Shown here piece after piece: positions 58,851 through 64,000 of a stretch of DNA of 64,000 nt. Location: positions 1,792,001 through 1,856,000 of the forward strand of contig CAWIGG010000002.1 of assembly GCA_963835575.1 (NCBI GenBank), written 5' to 3'. The stretch is from an uncultured Spirochaetota bacterium (lineage in GTDB: Bacteria; Spirochaetota; Brevinematia; Brevinematales; JAOACQ01). Every line of letters starts with the position of its first letter. Positions within the stretch are counted from its first letter, which is position 1. The notes beneath the pieces were generated by a model. It searched no databases. It was not told the DNA's origin and worked only from the letters and a program-made list of their open reading frames with translations. The position numbers and the translations under genes were made by a program.

Positions 58851-60128
58851 ATGATTGATGTGAAATTGATATTGGAAAACGAGGCTGAAATCAAATTAAA
58901 ATTAAAGGACCGGCTTAAAACGCCGGAACTATTGGGTAAGATTTCAAGCCTTTACAATGAAAAAAAGGAAGTCCAGCAAAACGCCGACGAACTCCGGCAC
59001 CAGAAAAAGACCCTGTCAAAAGAAGTCGGCATGCTTAAATCGAAAGGGGAAGACGCTTCCGACATTATGAAACAGGTGGAGGAGATCAATCTGAAGCTGT
59101 CCGGGCTGGAGGAACGGGAAAAAACGATCGCCGAAGAAGTGGACGCCGCGCTCCTGATGATACCCAATATCCCGATGGACGGCGTTCCGGAAGGAGCGGA
59201 TGAAACTTTCAATAAGGAAACAAAAAAATGGGGCGGCCCTCGGGAATTCAGCTTCAAGCCCCTTCCTCACTACGAAGTGGCTGAAAAGCTCGGAATTCTG
59301 GATTTTGAGCGGGGTTCCAAGATCGGCGGAAGCGGTTTTACGCTTTATCATGGCATGGCCGCCAGGCTTGAAAGGGCGCTCATCAATTTTATGCTGGATA
59401 CTCATGCGGCCGGCGGTTATGAGGAAAAATTTGTGCCTTTTATGATCAACGCCGCGGCGCTCCGGGGCACGGGACAGCTGCCGAAGTTTAAAGAAGACCT
59501 TTATAAAATAGAGGGGCTCGATCTGTATCTCAATCCGACAGCCGAGGTGCCGCTCACTAACATTTACCAGAACGAAATACTCAAGGAATCCGACCTGCCC
59601 GTCTGCATCACCGCTTACGCTCCCAGTTTCAGGCTGGAAGCGGGAAGCTACGGCAAAGATACGCGGGGCATCATACGCCAGCACCAGTTTAATAAAGTTG
59701 AGCTGGTTAAATTCTCCAGACCGGAGGATTCCGAGAAAGAACACCAGAGTATGCTGGAGGAAGCGGAAAAAATCCTTCAGCTCCTCAATCTTCCTTACCG
59801 GGTGGTCCTTCTCAGCAAAGGGGACATGGGCTTTTCCGCGGCGAAATGCTATGATATAGAAGTCTGGTTACCCAGCATGAATTCCTATAAAGAAATTTCT
59901 TCAGTCAGCAACTGCCTGGATTTCCAGGCCAGAAGGGCCAATATTAAATTCCGCAGGGAAGCCGGCGGTAAAGTGGAATATCTCCATACATTAAACGGCT
60001 CCGGGCTGGCCGTTGGAAGGACGCTTGTGGCCGTTCTGGAGAATTATCAGCAGGAAGACGGGAGCGTCATAATACCCGATATCCTTCAGAAGTATATGAA
60101 CGGTGTGATTGCCATTAAAAAGAAATAA
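58851..60128 (+). CDS. serS: Seryl-tRNA synthetase
   Basis: N-terminal coiled arm, 'PTAEVP', '[25 protein letters not shown]', '[12 protein letters not shown]'. Confidence 0.98.
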   Translation: MIDVKLILENEAEIKLKLKDRLKTPELLGKISSLYNEKKEVQQNADELRHQKKTLSKEVGMLKSKGEDASDIMKQVEEINLKLSGLEEREKTIAEEVDAALLMIPNIPMDGVPEGADETFNKETKKWGGPREFSFKPLPHYEVAEKLGILDFERGSKIGGSGFTLYHGMAARLERALINFMLDTHAAGGYEEKFVPFMINAAALRGTGQLPKFKEDLYKIEGLDLYLNPTAEVPLTNIYQNEILKESDLPVCITAYAPSFRLEAGSYGKDTRGIIRQHQFNKVELVKFSRPEDSEKEHQSMLEEAEKILQLLNLPYRVVLLSKGDMGFSAAKCYDIEVWLPSMNSYKEISSVSNCLDFQARRANIKFRREAGGKVEYLHTLNGSGLAVGRTLVAVLENYQQEDGSVIIPDILQKYMNGVIAIKKK

Positions 60129-60129
60129 T

Positions 60130-60173
60130 TTAAGGGCAGTTATAAAAATGCGGGTTTTTTGAACTGCCCTTAA
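60130..60173. repeat. GGGCAGTT-family palindrome, may also act as the serS terminator
   Basis: TTAAGGGCAGTT...AACTGCCCTTAA, same ends as the elements at 15849, 16018 and 50306. Confidence 0.65.
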
Positions 60174-60293
60174 TATAATATTAATGATTTTCCCTCCAAT
60201 CTCAGCGGTAGAGGGAAAATCATACTTTCTCAAAAGACTTGATATATTTTCTTTTTATTGTATAATTTGAGTGAGAGTAAATAGGGAGGTTAT

Positions 60294-60605
60294 ATGCAAT
60301 ACGCGAGAAGCGCGCTGGAGAGCGATGTCGTTCAATACTCCATCAGCGGTGATTTTACAATATTCTTTTTAAATAACATTAAATTAGATATAGAAAAGGA
60401 TATCGCGAGCGGTCATGTCGCGCTCCTCGTTTTCGACCTCAGGAATGTCAATTATATCGATTCCGCCGCCATCAGCCTTCTGATCATGTCAGGGAAATAT
60501 AACGACACAAAAGGAAAACGCCTCATCATAAAAAACCCGACCGATGTCGTCAAAAGGATCATTGACAACGCCGAGCTATCGTTTGTCGACTATCAGTACT
60601 CCTGA
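60294..60605 (+). CDS. STAS-domain anti-sigma-factor antagonist
   Basis: 'LVFDLRNVNYIDSAAISLL'; RBS GGAGG. Confidence 0.85.
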   Translation: MQYARSALESDVVQYSISGDFTIFFLNNIKLDIEKDIASGHVALLVFDLRNVNYIDSAAISLLIMSGKYNDTKGKRLIIKNPTDVVKRIIDNAELSFVDYQYS

Positions 60606-61135
60606 TTTCAATATTAACCACAAAGGCACAAAAAGCACTAAGGACCACCAACGAGGGCGGCCTCATATATTTTCCATTCTTTGTTAATTGCTTTCTATCT
60701 TTTATTATTCCAGCATTCTTTTTTTACCAAGGGCACAGAACTAATGTCACATTGAAACCTTAGTGGAAAAAATTCCTTCATTTGAAGGTCACGAAGGGCA
60801 CGGAGAGTAGAAATGGATAGCTTTGTGTTCTCTATATTTTAATTTCTTCAATCATCTTTAAAAAAAACTAAATCCTCCAAAATCCATCTAATCCGTGAAA
60901 ATCAGTGTGGAATTGGGGTCTCTCCAGCCGCTTTAATACAAATAGACATGAATTCTCCAACAAAATCTTTCATCTGCCGGGCGTAGCCCCTAAAAAATTC
61001 TCCTCCAGCGTCCTATTTTATGCCATGCTTCGAGTAAAACAGACAGGCTTCAGAAATTAAAACTAAATCCTATAAATCCGCTTTAATCTGTGTAATCTGT
61101 GTGAAAAATCAGATATTATAATAAAGAACCGATTA

Positions 61136-61738
61136 TCAAATAGTAGTATTCATCGAATAGCGGCAGCCGCAGTAATTCTGGCGGTAAATTCCGTATTTTT
61201 CACAGATTTCAACCGATTTTTTAAAACCGTTGTTCTTTTTAAAATCCGAAACGATGTATTCAATCCCGTATTTTTTCGATAACGCCCGTCCGGCCTCATT
61301 CACCTTACCGGCATCCTTCCAGGGACTCAGCGTCAACGTTGTGGCGGCACAATCATAACCAAGTTTTTTTGCCTTAATGAAGCTTTCCTCAAGGCGGAAT
61401 TCATAACAAAAAAAGCATCTTCTGCCTTTTTCAGGCTCATCTTTATATTGCAATGCAAACTGCTCCCAGGCTTCACGCCTTGAAGCGGAATCATCATCAA
61501 CAGAATCAATCAGAAAATTGTTTTTTGAAAATATCCCCAGATAGCGCGATACTTCTCTTTTTCGTTTTTCATATTCTTCAACTGGAAATATATTCGGATT
61601 GTCAAAATAAACGGAGATATTATAATCCGGTTTGTCCGGCAGCGCTTTTTCCCAGGCATCAAGGCCGGCCATGACATTCAGGCATTGAGTGAGACATGGC
61701 GCGCAGCATGTATGAAGAAGCAGCCTTTTCTTTTTCAT
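61136..61738 (-). CDS. queH: Epoxyqueuosine reductase QueH
   Basis: 'LLLHTCCAPC', 'NPNI.P..EY', 'EPEKG.RC..CY..RL', 'YRQNYCGC'. Confidence 0.92.
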   Translation of the reverse strand: MKKKRLLLHTCCAPCLTQCLNVMAGLDAWEKALPDKPDYNISVYFDNPNIFPVEEYEKRKREVSRYLGIFSKNNFLIDSVDDDSASRREAWEQFALQYKDEPEKGRRCFFCYEFRLEESFIKAKKLGYDCAATTLTLSPWKDAGKVNEAGRALSKKYGIEYIVSDFKKNNGFKKSVEICEKYGIYRQNYCGCRYSMNTTI

Positions 61739-61742
61739 AGGC

Positions 61743-62384
61743 TTACTCCCTGTAAAGGACCGGCTCCTCTGGAAATGATTCGCAGGATATTCTTTCTTCG
61801 GTAAACATTCTGATAACGGCCGGAAGCACTTTATGCTCTTTTTCCAGCACCCTGGCCGCCAGTTTCTCTTCGGTATCGCCGGGCTGTATCGGGACGCGGG
61901 CCTGCATGATCATCTTCCCGCCGTCCGTCACTTCATTCACAAAATGCACCGTACACCCCGCCTCTTTATCATGGGCTTCCAGCGCCTTCCGGTGTGTATG
62001 AAGGCCGGGATATTTAGGTAATAGAGAAGGGTGTATATTGATGATGCGGTTTGTAAAGCTGTTTATAAAATCCGGCTTTATAATCCTCATAAAACCGGCC
62101 AGGATTATCAAATCGGGTTTTTCTTTATTGATCCTTTTAATATAATTCATTTCGGCTTTGCCTTCAAGCTTTGTCCTGAACACTCCAGGGTTTAAATATT
62201 CCGCTTTAATTTTATGTTTGGTGCATATTTCAAGTGCTTTAGCCTCCGGATTATCGCTTAACACAAGTGCTATTTTAACGTTCTTTAAGGATCCGTTTTC
62301 TACAGCTTTTATAATCGCTTCCATGTTTGAGCCCCTGCCGGATACCAGAATAACGATTTTAAATATTTTCTGTGCCAAACACAT
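61743..62384 (-). CDS. purN: Phosphoribosylglycinamide formyltransferase
   Basis: 'LVSGRGSNM', 'LAGFMRI', 'INIHPSLLP', 'GCTVHFV...DGG'. Confidence 0.96.
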   Translation of the reverse strand: MCLAQKIFKIVILVSGRGSNMEAIIKAVENGSLKNVKIALVLSDNPEAKALEICTKHKIKAEYLNPGVFRTKLEGKAEMNYIKRINKEKPDLIILAGFMRIIKPDFINSFTNRIINIHPSLLPKYPGLHTHRKALEAHDKEAGCTVHFVNEVTDGGKMIMQARVPIQPGDTEEKLAARVLEKEHKVLPAVIRMFTEERISCESFPEEPVLYRE

Positions 62385-62386
62385 AA

Positions 62387-63727
62387 TTATCTTCCTAAAA
62401 ACATATTGAAGATATCATTATAAGTGACAAGGACCGCAAGGATAATGATGCACACAAGCCCGACCATTTCAATAATCATCCTTACCCTTTCCGGCAGCTT
62501 TTTTCTTGTTATGAATTCCATTATGCTCAGGATAGCATGGCCTCCGTCAAAGCCAGGTATCGGCAGAAGGTTAAAAAAGCCCAGTGCCACGCTGATAAGC
62601 GCCATAAACCTCAGGAGTGTGGAGAAATCCGTTTTTGTCGCTATTTCTCCGGTTATCTGGAGAATACGCACCGGCCCGGCTATGCTTTTCTGGATATCAA
62701 TTTTTCCGAAGATAATAACGCCGAGGCTTTTAAGCGTTTCAACAAGAAATGTATTGGCCTGGTCAAAACCGTCTTTAAAAGCCATGAGAAATCCCTGTGA
62801 TCTGGTTGTTTTTGTGAATGTCGGGAAATTATTTGCCGGATTTACACCCAGATATCCCTTCCCCTCAAAGCGTGAGAGAAGGATTTTTTTAGTAAATAAA
62901 TTATTTGTATTTGAGATTGTTACCGTGACAAACTGGTTTGTCTTATTCTCAATATATTTTTCAATTTCATAATAATGAGCGATTTTTTTCCCGTCCAGCG
63001 CTGTAATCTCATCACCGGGCTGAATACCGGCCGCGGATGCCGGCGAATTGGATGTCACTGATCCCACTGTATTATAATAGAAGGGAGTCACGCCGATATA
63101 GTTCATTCCCTTTTCCTTGCTGAAGCGCGGAGCGAATCTGGAATGGTTTGTCGTATTATTCCTTAAAAAGGAAATTTCCATTTCCCTGTCCATGCTTAAG
63201 CCGATAACGCGGGGTATGTCGTTATAGCTTTCGATTTTTGTTCCGCCGAGGGACAGGATCGTATCGCCTGACCGCAGGCCGGATAACTGGGCCGGGGTCG
63301 GTTTTCCACCCGCGTCTTTCTCTAATACGGCCACCTGTGAAGTAATTAGTGTCTCCTTATAACCCGCCAGCAGAACAAAAGCCATAACAATCACGGCAAA
63401 TATATAGTTGAAGACAGGTCCTCCAAGAACTGTCGCCAGTCTTGAGAGAGCCGGCCTGTTGTACATGGCCCTGGCATCATTTACGGCTCCGGTTTCCCTG
63501 TCTTTGGATTCCTCGCCGCGCATCTTGCAGTAGCCCCCGAAGGGAATGATTGCTATGCGGTAATGCGTCTCACCGATGTTAAACCCGATCAGTTCTTTTC
63601 CGAAACCGATGGAAAAAGTGTCCACTCCGATCCCGTTTATCTTTGCCATAATAAAATGACCGAATTCATGCACAAAGACCAATACTCCCAGAACAGGCAG
63701 CGCAATAATAAAATCTAACACATTCAT
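62387..63727 (-). CDS. rseP: RIP metalloprotease RseP with two PDZ domains (ORF extends to 63751)
   Basis: HEFGH zinc motif, 'GGYCKM', PDZ domains, 'FNLLPIPGFDGGH'. Confidence 0.95.
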   Translation of the reverse strand: MNVLDFIIALPVLGVLVFVHEFGHFIMAKINGIGVDTFSIGFGKELIGFNIGETHYRIAIIPFGGYCKMRGEESKDRETGAVNDARAMYNRPALSRLATVLGGPVFNYIFAVIVMAFVLLAGYKETLITSQVAVLEKDAGGKPTPAQLSGLRSGDTILSLGGTKIESYNDIPRVIGLSMDREMEISFLRNNTTNHSRFAPRFSKEKGMNYIGVTPFYYNTVGSVTSNSPASAAGIQPGDEITALDGKKIAHYYEIEKYIENKTNQFVTVTISNTNNLFTKKILLSRFEGKGYLGVNPANNFPTFTKTTRSQGFLMAFKDGFDQANTFLVETLKSLGVIIFGKIDIQKSIAGPVRILQITGEIATKTDFSTLLRFMALISVALGFFNLLPIPGFDGGHAILSIMEFITRKKLPERVRMIIEMVGLVCIIILAVLVTYNDIFNMFLGR

Positions 63728-64000
63728 TAACTGACCTCCAAATCTGAACACATGATTTTATGGTAAAGCTTTATTTTGGTCAAGATAAAGAGCGTGAAGC
63801 AAAAAGCTATACAGGCACCCCTCTCCAATGGTTCCCAAGCGGAGCTTGCAGTGAGCCTGTCGAGCCTGCCGTCTATGATAAAAGTCAAGTGTTTTTTAAA
63901 AATTATTTTTTATGCCGCCTTTTTTAATATTCTTTCATATTCATTCATTTTGGTCTTATGATTTTCTTGGTCAATATATCTGTAATATTCTCCATTTTTC

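Noticed and set aside
1..64000. CRISPR array, rRNA, prophage or integron
   Set aside because: No regularly spaced repeat-spacer array, cas genes, rRNA, phage structural genes, tyrosine integrase or convincing attC sites were seen by eye.
63960..64000. Similarity to the region upstream of the IS91 remnant (5270-5325)
   Set aside because: It is short, AT-rich and cut by the window edge, so it cannot be distinguished from chance.

Overview
This is a 64-kb bacterial chromosomal window, very probably from a free-living Spirochaetota. The evidence is a giant SpiroCoCo-type coiled-coil gene, many lipoproteins and a LacI-fold/PAS/LuxR regulator. Housekeeping genes are alpha-2-macroglobulin-pbpC, prfA, tRNA-Ala(CGC), amtB-glnK, serS, queH, purN and rseP. 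Accessory genes include polysaccharide-active lipoproteins (GH5-CBM3 split by a nonsense codon, two GH8 paralogues with a duplicated promoter, a CBM4/9-like lipoprotein), an Rh50-type ammonium channel, an omptin, a class III adenylate cyclase with a duplicated membrane domain, and an ECF sigma-vWA pair. Mobile DNA is dense: an IS1182, a broken IS91-like transposase, an internally deleted class C group II intron behind a terminator, and several small palindromic elements. The best leads are: (1) an FGE/CLec lipoprotein whose 3' end looks like a diversity-generating retroelement variable region with no RT or template in the window, bracketed by its own direct repeats and disrupted by IS1182; (2) a ~23-bp TGGTTCG-CAGGCTCACCA element inserted twice into one transposase and nested three levels deep with two MITE-like families; (3) an AT-rich cargo gene between exact 129-bp copies of an IS91-like transposase segment; (4) 7-10-nt periodic inverted repeat arrays in many intergenic regions. 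No CRISPR array or rRNA was seen. All family calls come from motif recognition by eye; no searches were run.
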